Shown: positions 12,570-25,668, counted from the stretch's first letter. The stretch is DNA of 64,000 nucleotides from Phyllosticta citribraziliensis (GCF_038025025.1 NW_027117342.1:1178001-1242000), one strand, 5' to 3'. Numbers and translations: made by a program. The notes: a model not told the origin generated them from the sequence alone.

Positions 12570-14027
12570 CTAGGACAACTTGACGCCATGTTCGGCCGCG
12601 TGTCTCCTGAATTTGGCTCCCGCGGTGGCATACACAGTGTGCACCTGCGTATGGAACACGGTGTGAATGTGCGTCTCGACTGCTGGCGCAGCTGAAGTTT
12701 GCTGCTCTACAGATGACGAAGACGAGGACGAGGAGGGGGAGGAGGCGACCGTCTGAAGCGTCGTGTGAGACACCTCGATCTTCTCGGCTGCTGACACGAC
12801 GGACGAGGAAGAAGCGACTTGGTAATTGGAGGTAGCAGCGGCCATGACGACGCTCGTGGTGGAGGCAGATGGAGTCAAGTCCTTGCCACTGTCGGGAGGA
12901 CCGTAGTATTTTCCGGCATCGCACGCGTTGTCAATGCCCCGGCATTTGTCGGTCAGCAGATCGCACCATGGCGATCCGCTTGTGGGAAGCGACTCAGCAT
13001 AGTTCCAGCAGTCGCCCTGTTGAGCCCAGCAGTCTTTCGCAGCCTGTGATGAAAGTGTCAGTGAAGATCAGAGTGACGTAGCCGAAAGAGAAAGAGTCAT
13101 ACAGCGTAGCAAGCCGTCATGTTGTCATAGGCGGCAACCTCGTAAGCGCAGAAGCCCGCCATCTCCAGTATACAGCCCGCCGGCACTTCACCTTCGGTCT
13201 GAGTAAGAGTGTTCTTGGAGACGGCAGCGTTGGCGTTGCTAACAAGCTTGGCGACCGGCGGGCCAGGGGTGTCGTAGGGAAGAGCGAGAGGCGAGGAGTA
13301 GACATCGAACGTAACCGAAGAGTCGCCCCAGTTGACGTAGCCAGGAATGCTGACGGTACTGTCAGGCTTCTTGTTGCCGTCGGAGTTGAGGAAGATCTGC
13401 GCGCAGCCGGTGTAGAACTGAGGATCCTGAGGGGCGGCGTGGAGGGCTAGGATCTCCGGACGGGCAAGGTAGTAGCCACCCTCAAGGCCATCTGGAAGAT
13501 TGACGGAGAGCTTGCCTCCATAGACGCCCGATACACCGTTGCCGCCGAGCTTCTGGTTGCACCACTTTCCGGCTTCCTCGTCATAGCCCTCGTCCCAGAT
13601 TTTGAACCAACCATCGCCGACAGCTACTTGTAGTCAGAATGATTGCACCATGGAAAGAACTGGAGCGAGGCTTGCCTGAGCTGTTGACAGCGGAGTCAAC
13701 CTTCTTCAAGTAGACGGCGCAAGGACCCTGATGGCCGGGATCGATGGCACCCTTGGCGGCATCGTTGGGGACGGAGCGCCACTCAAAGGACAAGACAGCG
13801 GCATTGTGGACAGGGACGACGCGAGAGTTGCCCGATTCACCGTTGTACCCACAGGCCAGAGCGTCGTCGCCAATGCTGATGGGGAAGCTGGCGGTAGCGG
13901 GATCCTTGCGCATGCGAATGCCGACACCGTCACCAGCTGAAGTTCCATCGACCCACAGAGTGGTCATGACGGTGTGGGCATCGACGGCAATGGCCGCGAC
14001 GGCGGTCAAGGCGATTGACAACTTCAT
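12570..14027 (-). CDS. AA9 (GH61) lytic polysaccharide monooxygenase with Cys-rich module and S/T-rich, His-rich tail; 3 exons
   Basis: Signal peptide MKLSIALTAVAAIAVDA followed by His1 (HTVM), second brace His in PGHQGPC, GDGWFKIW, YYLARPEILALH...PQFYTGCAQI. Introns 13624-13675 and ~13044-13103. Confidence 0.92.
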
Positions 14028-14383
14028 TGTGTTTGCAGGAATCCGGCCTCGGGGTTGTCAAGTTGAGAGCTGAACGCGAATGGACACTGAGCCAGCTCGG
14101 GGATGTTATGTAGGCGAGCGCGCAAGGACTTGAGGGTCTGAAGGCGAAGTCCGAGGGAGCGGGGACAGGAATGACAGGTCTACTGCCAGGAAGAAGTGAG
14201 ACGTGAGGTCAGGAGGGCGGGTGTGCAAGAAAGGAACGTAGGATGAAGGAAGAAGAGGGTGCAAAGAGCGACTGATAGAAGAAGGGCCAGACCAGGCTTG
14301 GACGAGTATTATAGAAGGAGTGACAGGTCTGGGAAATAGAGACGGAAGGAAAAAGAAAAGAAGACGCAGAGTGGTGAGAGAGA

Positions 14384-14410
14384 AGGTCCAGGTCCAGGTC
14401 CAGGTCCAGG
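14384..14410. repeat. Hexanucleotide microsatellite (AGGTCC) about 4 copies
   Basis: aggtccaggtccaggtccaggtccagg, upstream of the AA9 gene. Confidence 0.85.
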
Positions 14411-17400
14411 ACCGGTCCTGGTGCAGGTGTGGAGAAGCCTCCATGATGACGGGCAGACAGGAACGCCGGGCGCCAGAGCCGGGCAGGTGCATCACGTCCA
14501 GAGGTCGTCGGGTCAGTGCTGCTGCAGTCGCAAATGACAAGACGGGCAGCGAGTCTTGATCTCCAAATTGCAGGCCATCAGCGTTTGCAGGCGGTGTTGA
14601 GGTCAAGCCGAGCCCTTGCGCGCCAGAGGAGCCAGCCCTGTCGCCCCTCTGTCCAATCAGCGCCCGCCGCCGCCCGCTCTGAAACAAACACCACAATGCC
14701 TTTTTCCCTGCCCATCACCTCTTCTTCTTGCCCAACTGAACCCACGACAAACACCACCACCACCACCACATCTCGGCCTGTCTCTCCCTCGCTCCTCCTT
14801 GCCGCCCGTTGAATCAAACCACCATCCATCGCGCATGCCCGTCGCCGCCGCCTGCCGCCCACGCGCCCGTTTGTCTGCATCGCGAGATTGCTCTGCATCT
14901 GCCTGGTACGATGGATGGATGACCCGACCTCAGGCACAGCTCGCAGCCGCCTGCGCCGTCGCACCACATCGTCCCGGTCGGCCTTCTGTCAAAATTCATC
15001 TCACCAACTGCCGCCCCACTCCCCTCTCACCACCCCCTGCCTCTCGCTGCGCCTGGCCCACCGCTCAACTCCAACGGACTTGTCGCTATCCAACCTTGGC
15101 TAGCCAACCTGCCACCATGCACTGATTCGCCGTTTGCTCCTGTCTGATCTGTGCCACTCTCAAACAACTCAACAAGCTTCTTGCGCTGCGGCTGTTGTTG
15201 TCAACGGAGCCTCCCCAAGCCACTGTGCCACAGAGAGGCACGGAGAGGGGGCTGCCAAGGATCCCCAGCTTCACCTCGGGACGAGAGGCATCCACTCGTT
15301 TTTGGCTGCCAAAAAGCCACGGCGCCCCGGAACTCCAACATGTGCCGATCGCCATGTAGGCGCCTGTGGGAGCACACCACTGGCTGCTACATATTCCGCT
15401 TTTCCAGCAAATCTTTCTCGTCAGGCCCCGGTGCCGGTCCTTTTTCATGGAGCTGCCTATCGAGACCTAGCTGCTTGCGCCTCTCGCCGCGATTGGACGG
15501 CAAATTCCGTGAAGCCGACCTCTCCAATCCACAACAGCCTCTCTGCTTGCCCCTTTTGGCAACACTGATATACATCTGAAACCCTACCTCAATCCGAAGG
15601 TCAAGAGGCAACGACTGCGTGCGTGCGCGGCCGCTGTCAAAGTGTTTCTTTTTCCAAAAAGTTGCCACTTTGGGTTCACACGACAGTGGCAATTAGAAAC
15701 CAGGGACCGCGGTTCTGCGACTGAGAGCCTCAGGAAAACGTTCGGTCTCCCGCGCTGTCAGTCGATCACCAGCCAGCTGGTGGTCAGGTCTCATTTGAGC
15801 CTGTTGGTCCACAACGACGTGGGAATAAGAAACAGCCCCGATTGGGCGCACTCGTCTACAGAAGGCTGACTTGGTTGCTCTTGATTCCCTCCCCTGAATT
15901 CGCGTGGCTCGGAGACGTTCTACGACATTGTGTCTGGGAGTAGAACACGGCGTAGAACGGCTGTTGGTGGCGTTCAAGGTGTAGCACAGATGCCTGGTGC
16001 TGCGGAAGCGCAACGACCGAGCGAGAGCCGTGATGCCCTCACCACTCCCGGGTGACCATTGAGCTATGGCCGCAAGCATGGACCAGAATCCTGAGCGGGA
16101 AGCTGTGCTCAACTTTCGAGACCATGGTTCTCCACACTGCATCAATGGCCAATGCACCTGGACGATCCGCGGAGCGCTGAGCCTGATTGACATTTCGACG
16201 CTAAGACAGCAAAATAAGCTTAGATTGTGCTCAACGCTGCTTAAACGCACTATGCATAGTGGACCTTTTTTGCGAGAGGTATGTCTTTCGATGACCACCA
16301 CGTATCACGCACCGAAAGACCGGCTTTAGACAAAAAAAAGTCGTTCAGGTGTGCAGGTTCAATTTAAATGCAGTCCACCAAGAACGGGTTTTAGGACTCC
16401 AACTAATCTCGGCCGTGGATTGATCCCTGTCACACTCCGACCGACAACCAGGAACTGCCCCAGAACTTCATCAAAAAAATCAAGACCTTTGATGACGACT
16501 GTTCCGGCCCGAAGGCCTGGTTGCAACTTCGACCGGGAGCGGGAACAGTCGCCCCGGCCCGGTTTTGCCTCCTCTATTGACAAAAGCTTGGTCTTGCTGC
16601 TTATATCCGACTACACGTGGTTTGAACCAGGCCCGCAACAGTCAAACTACTTGACCTGAGCTTCAACGTAGAGCTGGTGTCGCCGCAAACATCACCCCAT
16701 CGTAGGAGGCTTTTCGCGGACACTCAACTGCTCGGCTTGCCTAAGCCTCGAAGACGTGTCGCTACACGTCAGCCGTTAGGAATGCAGACACACTGCCATG
16801 GATCTTTAAATGAGCGGCAGAGTGGGTCCAGTCTTCCACCGGGCCTGACCTGTCAGAAAACCCGTATCGGTCCCTTGCTCGTCGCCGAAGTGCAAACCTG
16901 CCCCAGCAACGGGCTCATACGTCAGAGGCGGTCTGCAACATCAAGTCGTGCTCACATCTAAAGGGGCACCCGGCTTATGTTCGAAGCGGTGTTGGCTTCA
17001 CTTCATAAACGCACCTTCGCCACCAATGCGGCTTGATTGGAATTCCCAGCTGCCTGCAGATGCGCGGAGATCGGCCTTCCCCGGATCCACTGCTCCAATT
17101 GAGCACTTGTCGCCGATGTGCTTGCGCCACAACGCACATCAACAGATGGCCTCGGCTGTCTCTGTCTATCGCACGCCTAGAAGCACCTTATCAATTCAGC
17201 AACGCGGCCGAAGAAAAAGCAATGAAAAGTGGCGAATCTTGCTCACAGCACCACACATGTTCATGGATTCATCATCAAGCACGTCTTTACGCATCAGCGG
17301 ATACTCAAAATGCAGTTGAAATCTGCAGCTGGTGCTTCAATATTAAGTGACCAACCCTCCATCTCCCACCTACAATCTGCACCTGTTACTTTAAACGCCA

Positions 17401-19213
17401 TGCAAGCGTCCGCGTGCTGTCGCTGTGTCCTCGATGATCTCTCGAGGTCAGGGCAGATGCGCTCTTGAAAGCACATTCATGTATGCAAGAGCTATTATCC
17501 CATCTGGCACAACGTTGCTGCTGCGATGGGCATCGACGCATCTGTCGTGCCCCTCACAAGCGCATCCGCGATGTCCCGTCTACCCTGAAATCGTCAAACT
17601 GCTGCGCTCGCTTTACAGCTCGGTTGAAGACTAGGTACCCTCGAGACTATGGGTTTTCGCGTTTACTGCTACCGCCACGGATTTGACACAATTCGTTATT
17701 CTTGTGGACAGAGAGACGAGCCCTGCACTTGTGCACCAAGGCGACTTTAGTTGACCAATGCTTCCTGCCCACGGCCCTTTGAAAGGAACGACGCCGTGGT
17801 AACCATGTCGGGGATTGGTCTGATATCTTCTCCAATGACCGATTCAAGTAGCCTCGCCGACTTCATTCGTCTCCTTTCCTTCTTGAATCGTACACCCTCG
17901 GTGCACATCGCCTTCCAGCGTAAGACAATACTCGCATTAGCACTTGAGGAAAGCTTCTACTGCTTGCTGTGTCTCGTAGAGTTGTAACATGTAAGCAAGC
18001 GAACGTGTCAAGGCTTGGGAGGTTCAGCGGTAAGTGTCCGTTCATTGTTCAACGCCGCATCCGTTTTCTGCTGCGTGTCAAGATCCATTCTATGTCACGT
18101 ACACGCGACACTGTGTCACTCTTTACAGTGAGACCATCTCAAATAGGTTGGTGTAGGGGAAACGTATGCCCTGGCTCCATTCTTCGTGCCCACGGCAAGT
18201 CCCAGGTTCCAGTACTGGCCAGCCTGATGGTGTCCTCGGCCGTTGTGTCTCCATTTCCTTTTCAATATTGCTCTTTCTGCGATTGGCAGCGGGCTCGACT
18301 TTCGTTGATGAGTGTTTAGCGCGGACCCAGCGCGTACATGCACTCGACATGACGAGATGCTCTTGGGACCAGAGTCGGCTCATCCCTCGATTTCCGCGGA
18401 ATTCGACGATGAGTACGATTGAATCTGGAAAAAGTCCAACTGCGCCAACTTTTATTAATCTTGTTCCCACTCTGACAGCTTATACGATACAGCTCATAAC
18501 TCAAGCCACCTCTGTTTAATTCGAGAGGCTGACTTCATCATGATTGGTCGCCCTAGCACAATCCGCATTGGGATACCCCAGTCAGGTCTTGGTATTCTCG
18601 TAGCGGTAAGCTGGTACACGTGTTTCTGCTTATTGCCTGTTTTGGTTAGACCACAAATCTGGTCCCCAACCATCGAGTTCAACCTGCGGTCCAGCTCCAA
18701 GTTGTATTGACATTTCACCCATCAGGATGGTATTGATCGTTGCAATGCTCCTCACATGCCTTTTGTGTTTCTATCCACAACTCCAAGCGCCTTCGTTCGT
18801 AGTGCTCAACCGTCGCGACATCCCTGACGTTTTCGCTTACCGCCGGTTAGACAACGAACCCCTACCGGAGCTTCTGGCATCAACACATGAGCGGCGTTTT
18901 CGTACGAGCATACCCGAGAGCGGTCACCGGTTTTGGTCCGGTCAACAGCAGTTTTATAGCATTAGCAGACTGGCTTGATGCCTGAAACTTCGAGCGCCGT
19001 CGTTGCTGTCGTTCAAGCCTTTGCGCAGTTTGCGCCGCAATTCAGCACGCGGGCTGCACATACGCGTCATACTCTCCAAAATCTCATTGCTCACGCGTCA
19101 GGCCACGCATCGGGTTGGCAGTATGACTTTTCTGATGCGAGGGGTATATGGTGCGGTACGTGCCGCTTCCACTGTCAAAGTCTTCTGGACATATCAATGA
19201 CAAGACCGCACCC

Positions 19214-20943
19214 ATGGCTTCTTACCCCATGCACCACACGAATCGTCCACGACGTGCATCGACGTCCTCGCGGAGGTCTGACACCTCAACCATCGCACTA
19301 GTTGGAGGGGAGACGGAACGGCCGCGACGAGACGATGTTTGGCGACGGCGCGAACGCGAGCAGCAAAGGAGAAGAACCGAGCGGAGGGGATACTGGGAGC
19401 AGCTTGAATCGAGAGAAAAAGAGAGGCCGGAGCGAACCAAAGGTCCCAAGAGTGAGAGTTCTGGACAGGAGGCGCGGGCACCTCCAGCTCCAAACCCCGC
19501 CGCAGAGAAGCCGCCTGTAGTGGGTTTCTGGGACCCCAGCCTCAGTGCTGTCCGGCGACAGGCGGTGCGTCTGTGGGTATACACGACTGTAATTCTGATA
19601 CTTTTCATCCTGTCTGTACTATCAATTTGTAAGTCAGCCCATGACTTCTCACACAGGGCTCGTTCACTAACATGGCAGACTGGGGTGTGTTCTCGCACCT
19701 ACCAGAGAACCTCGGTACGCTGACCATATTCGTGGTGGATATGGATGCCGCGCCGCCCTACAACACCAGCGGGCACAAGCCTTTCATAGGGCCTTCAATG
19801 GTTGCGCTCGCCGAAGAGTATCGCGCTCAAGGCAACACGCTCGGCTTCACAGTAGTGGCTGGAGACGCATACGACAACGACCCCGTCGCGGTGCGGCAAG
19901 CCGTGTATGACTGGGAGGCGTGGGGAGCCGTCGTAATCAACCCAAACGCCAGCGCCTTGCTTTTTTCCTCTCTCGAAGAGGGCAATAAGACGTTCGATCC
20001 AGCGGGGGCCTGCCAATTTACATACGTCGGCAGCCGTGACGAGACCAACATCAACAGCTTCATACTGCCCATCATGGCCGACTACTTGACAGCAGGGCTG
20101 GGCCGAGCAGGCAAACAGTGGTCGCAGCAAGCTTTGGAAGCGGCCGCTGGCGACAAAGGGCCAGACACAACACTGCTCTCGCACCTCCGCGACGCACCAC
20201 AACTGCTCAATCCTGGCATCGGCTTCTCAACCTACGACCTGCGACCCTTCAATCCGCTCGTCGGAATCCCGGCCGTCAGCATCGGGCTCATCTACCTCGT
20301 CATTCTCTCATTTTTCAGCTTCTCTTTCTACCTGCCCATCCACGCCAAATACATCTCGCGGCCGGCGCCGCATCTCCCCGTGCTCAAACCGCCGCATTAT
20401 ATCGTGTGGCGCTGGCTGTCCACAACGACAGCCTACGTATTCCTCTCGCTCGCCTACAGCAGCATCAGCCTGGCCTACGGCATCAACTTCAGCGGCAGCG
20501 GGGGCGCGCAGCGCGTCTCCTCAACCTACTCAACATCGCTCGCGTTCGGCAACAGCCCAGCGTACGGCTCCAACTCGTTCCTCGTATACTGGGCGCTCAA
20601 CTTCTTCGCCATGATGGCGCTGGGGCTGGCTTGCGAGAACGTGGCCATGATCGTCGGCGCGCCGTGGGTCGGCCTGTGGCTCATCTTCTGGGTCATCACA
20701 AACGTCAGCACTGCCTTCTACGACGTCGACATCGAGCCTGGCTTCTACCGCTGGGGCTACGCCTGGCCCCTGCATCACGTCGTGCAGGGCGCAAAGCAGA
20801 TTCTGTTCGATTTGCATAGCCAGATTGGCATCAATTTTGCCGTCTTGATTGCGTGGGCCGTTGTCAATACGGCTCTGTTTCCTTTTGCGTGTTGGTTCAT
20901 GAAGTGGAAGAAGATGAAGGGCGTCAATGAGTATTGGCGTTAG
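19214..20943 (+). CDS. SNG1-like (DUF3533) nitrosoguanidine-resistance membrane protein, 2 exons
   Basis: GFWDP..., LSIYWG across an intron at ~19629-19678, WGAVVINPNAS, SIGLIYLVI, FWVITNVST, FYRWGYAWPLH. An alternative in-frame ATG lies at 19148. Confidence 0.85.
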
Positions 20944-21699
20944 TACCTTTTTGGCCTGATTGAAACGAGGGAGCGCCGGTCGCTGGAATACGACGTCGAC
21001 GAGAGACACGTAAAACTCTCTTTAGCAGTTGGAGCGTTTACCAAAGGAATTGCATTTGCTGTGTAAGCATGGTGTCTCAGAGTTGCGCACGCTGATATCA
21101 AGTATCCATCCCTGAAAATCACTGAGTGGTAGATTGCAACCGTGTGCGGGGTCACAATCCATGTCCCGACCTCCCCACCATTTGACATCCAAATTCGGCT
21201 CGTTTTTGAATCTTGACATTCTGGGTCCTGTAAATCCGGGACTGTAAGAGTTTTACAGCTGAAGACCTGTTAGCTTCTGCTTTGACGGTGTCGTACTGGT
21301 GGTTGGTCTGGCAACTTTTACCAACACTCTGTTCATCTGGTCCAGCAAAGCGTAGCAAACAAATTTTGCAAATACTCCTTCGTAGCATCACAGGAGAAAA
21401 CATCTCGACTATAGTGAAGACGAGGGAGGCCTAGCTATAGCGGAAAAGATGGTCATGTCAAAGAGCACCATGGCTCACAAAAATCCTTTTTCGAAACTCG
21501 TCTCTGTTTTTCTAGCCACCGTACCCGAAAACTCGCTCTGCTCACATCACATGCCCAAAATGCTAGGAAAACGTGACAACATTCAAAAGGTGGCGCCAGT
21601 AGCCCCGAAAAGCACTCCGCCTGAGACGACGCCGTAGCTCATCTTGTCGAAACAACGACCCCGTACTCCTCACCCCCCTCGCCAGCGGATCAGGCCAGC

Positions 21700-23423
21700 T
21701 TAGTAGCTACGACCAAACATGACAAACTTCTTGGCCTTGTTTTGGCAGTTGGGGTTGATGCACTTGGTCTCGCCCTCGACCAGACCCTCCGTGGGCTGCT
21801 CGTAGGGGATGCAGAGCGACTTGGCACCCATGGACGGGGCACGCGCATCCTGAGACGCGCCAGTCGTCTCTTCGTGCTTCTTCGCAGACAAGTCCTTGAT
21901 CTCATCCTCGCAAAGACCACCGAGACAGTGGGGAATGACGCAGACGCCATTGTTATCAAGGTGGGGAACGAAATCGTTCCAGTCGCTGATGACCTTGCGA
22001 GCGTTGTCGAAAGCACCCTTGGCCTTGGCGAAGAGATCGCTCTGGATGGTCTCGAGCAGGGCAGGAATCTCCTTGCCGAGGTCCGCAATGGCAATCTGGG
22101 GCTTGCCCTCCTGGTCGCGGCGAGAGACGGTGACCTTGTTGGCGGCAGCGTCCTTGGGGCCGAATTCGATGCGGAGCGGGACACCCTTGAGCTCCCAGTC
22201 GTTGAACTTCCAGCCGGGAGAGTAGCCCTCGCGCAGGTCGGTCTCAACGCGAACGTTGGCAGAGCGGAGCGTTGCAGCGATGTCCTGGACCTGGCTGTAC
22301 AGCTTCTCGCGATCTTCCTCGCTCGTCTTGGCGGTAACGCCAACGGGAACGATGACAGCTTGAATTTCGGCAACGCGCGGGGGGATAACCAGACCCTTGT
22401 TGTCCGAGTGCGTCATAACCATGACACCGATGGAGCGGGTCGTCAAGCCCCAGGAGTTTTGCCAGACGTGGATAGGGGGCTTCTTTGACTCTCCTTCCTT
22501 GATCGGGGTTGGGTCCTCGACAGTAATGTCAAACATCTTAGAAAAGTGCTGTCCAAGGCAGTGACTAGTGCCTCCCTGGATACCGCGACCAGTGGCCGGG
22601 ATGTAGCCCTCGACGGTGGTGGTGTACTCGGCACCGGGGAATTTTTCGTTGTCGGTCTTGACACCCTTGACAACCGGGACGGCGAGCAGCTCCTCGTAAA
22701 TTCCACGATACCAGTCCAAGATCTGGAGCACTTCCTCGCCGGCTTGCTCCAGGGTCAAGTGCGCAGTGTGACCCTCTTGCCACAAGAATTCTCTCGACCG
22801 GATGAAGGGCATAGGGTGCTTGAACTCCCATCTGACGACGCTGTTCCACTGGTTGAGCTTGAGGGGAAGATCGCGGTGGCTGCGAATCTCGTTTGCGAAG
22901 TACGGATACATGGCCGTTTCCGAAGTCGGGCGGACTGCGACGGGCTTCTCGAGATCACTCTTGCCGCTGGGCCATATTTAGCCCATGTTCATATCAAATG
23001 TCATCGATTGACTCACCCCTTTGTGACCCACGCGACCTCGGCCGCGAATCCCTCAATGTGCTCCTTCTCCCTCTGCAGGTTGTCTTGGGAGATGAAAATG
23101 GGAAAGTAGCAGTTCCTGACGCCAATGGACTTGATGCGCGTGTTGAACCAGCCTTGGATAGTCTCCCAAATGGCGAAGGACGAGGGCTTGAGAATGTAGC
23201 AGCCAGCGACGTCGTAGTAGGCCAGCATGCCACCCTTGGTCAGGACCTGCTGGTACCACTGGCCCAGGTCGTCCTCCTTGCGAACATCGATACCAATGAG
23301 AGCGGCGCCCTCAATCTTCTTCTTGGGCGCTTGCTGCTGCTTGACCTTGGGTTCCTTCTTCTCCTTCTTCTTGTTCTCCTTCTTGCGCTCAGGAATGTCC
23401 TGGACTTGCTGCGGCTCGGCCAT
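21700..23423 (-). CDS. Prolyl-tRNA synthetase (eukaryote/archaeal type), 2 exons
   Basis: WYQQVL, EHIEGFAAEVAWVT, AVRPTSETAMYP, RWEFKHPMPFIRSREFLWQEGHTAH, QGGTSHCLGQ, terminal FGRSY. Intron at ~22968-23017. Confidence 0.97.
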
Positions 23424-23743
23424 GGCGGGATGTGTTGCGAGAAATCGAGCCGTGTATGGGCGTGGAGAAAGATTGACTCGAGGGCGAAGAGAAGGGCAGA
23501 GGAGCTGCAACGAGGGCGATCGCGGGAGGAGGCGTGGGCGGAATTGTTCGAGGTGAGTCAGGTCGGGGTTGGTGGGGTTGAAAACATTGGCCGACGCGGG
23601 CGGATCGCGACGCGCCCAAAAGGGAAGGCGGTGAGGAATTTCCCTTTAGCTTCCGCTCTGCTGCCACTGACGGGTCCCTCGTTCTCCGCCGACATCAGAG
23701 CGCGTCAACCTCCGCAACTCACCCCCTACACCCCCAGCTCAAA

Positions 23744-25668
23744 ATGGCCAGCATGTTCGAGCAGCCGCGCAACGCCGGCACCCTCTGTAAGATGACCCTC
23801 CTCGTCCACAGGCCCTCTGTCGAGACGCGCCCCTCCTGCCATGCTCCTGGTCCTTGTCAACAGCTCCGCTGGCAAACTTGCTCTTGCAATATTGCTGCCC
23901 CCTACGCGTCCCGTGTTGCTTCTGCCAGGCTAACTCGTCCATGCAGTCCTCGGAGGTCAAAAAATCAGTGGCCAGGATATTCGCGACCAAAATGTCTACG
24001 CAACGCAAGCAATCGCCACCGTTGTCAAGTCATCGTTTGGTCCCTCGGGCCTCGACAAGATGATGGTGGACGACATTGGTGAGGTGACGGTCACAAACGA
24101 CGGCGCAACCATCCTTTCCCTCCTCGACATTCAACATCCTGCTGGCAGAATCCTCGTGGACCTGGCAAAGCAACAAGATCGCGAAGTAGGAGATGGCACA
24201 ACGTCTGTGGTGTTGATCGCCGCCGAGCTGCTGAAGAGAGCCAACGAGCTCATGAAGAACCGCATCCACCCTACCACCATCATCACGGGATACAGGCTGG
24301 CGCTGAGAGAGGCTGTGAAATACATGAACGACAACATTGCCATGAAGGTGGAAAACCTCGGACGCGAGTCTCTGGTCAACATCGCCAGAACGAGCATGTC
24401 GTCCAAGATTATTGGCTCGGATGGCGACTTTTTCGCAAACATTGCTGTGGATGCCATGCAAGCCGTCAAGTCGGTAAGCGGAAAGGGGGAGGCCAAGTAC
24501 CCCGTCAAGGCTGTCAACATTCTCAAGGCCCACGGCAAGAGCTCCACCGAGTCGTTGCTCGTCAAGGGCTATGCTCTCAACTGTACCGTCGCAAGCCAGG
24601 CCATGAAGACGCGGGTTACCGATGCCAAGATTGCCTGCTTGGACATCAACCTGCAAAAGGAGCGCATGAAGCTCGGCGTCCACATCACCATCGACGACCC
24701 GGAGCAACTGGAGAAGATTCGCGAGCGCGAGTCGGGCATTGTGCTGGAGCGCGTCGAAATGATTCTCAAGGCTGGCGCCAACGTCGTCCTTACTACCAAG
24801 GGTATCGATGACCTTTGCCTAAAGCAGTTCATCGAAAGGGGCGCCATGGCCGTCAGGAGATGTAAGAAGGAGGACCTGCGTCGGATAGCAAAGGCGACGG
24901 GCGCCACTCTGGTTTCTTCGCTCTCTGACCTCAACGGTGACGAGAAGTTTGACCCCTCGTCGCTCGGTTCCGCTGAGGAGGTTGTTCAAGAGCGCATCTC
25001 CGACGACGAGTTGATCTTGGTCAAGGGAACCAAGGTCAACTCTTGCGCTTCGGTCGTCTTGCGCGGGCCCAACGAGTTCTCTCTCGACGAGATGGAGCGT
25101 TCGCTGCACGACTCGCTCATGGCTGTCAAGCGGACCCTGGAGAGTGGCAGCATCGTCCCTGGTGGTGGCGCCGTCGAGGCGGCCCTGCACATCTATCTCG
25201 AGGAATGGGCAACCTCTGTCGTACGTACCCCGGCCTCTCGTCACTACTTCCAAAGCTAATCTGGCATAGGGCTCGCGTGAGCAACTCGCCATTGGCGCCT
25301 TTGCGCAGTCGCTGCTCACCATCCCGACCACGCTGGCCGTCAACGCGGCCAAGGACAGCACGGAGCTCGTCGCGCAGCTGCGCAGCCGTCACGCCGTGGC
25401 GCAGCGGGCGACGGCCGACGCGGGCGCCCACGCCTCCGCCGCCGAAAAGGACGCTGCGAAGAGGAAGGACTACAAGAACTACGGTCTCGACCTGTCGCGC
25501 GGCAAGCTGGTCGACCAGGTCAAGGCGGGCGTGCTCGAACCTAGCATGAGCAAGGTGCGCCAGCTCAAGAGCGCCGTCGAGGCTTGCATCGCTGTGATGC
25601 GCATCGACACGCTGATCCAGCTGGATCCCGAGACCAGGGGCGAGGAGGATGACGGCCATGGACACTAG
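23744..25668 (+). CDS. CCT1: Chaperonin CCT/TRiC subunit alpha, 3 exons
   Basis: [67 protein letters not shown]. Introns at ~23787-23946 and ~25221-25269. Confidence 0.96.

Noticed and set aside
21742..23795. Long plus-strand ORFs opposite ProRS (248, 187 and 300 aa)
   Set aside because: Typical antisense shadows of a GC3-biased, highly expressed gene.
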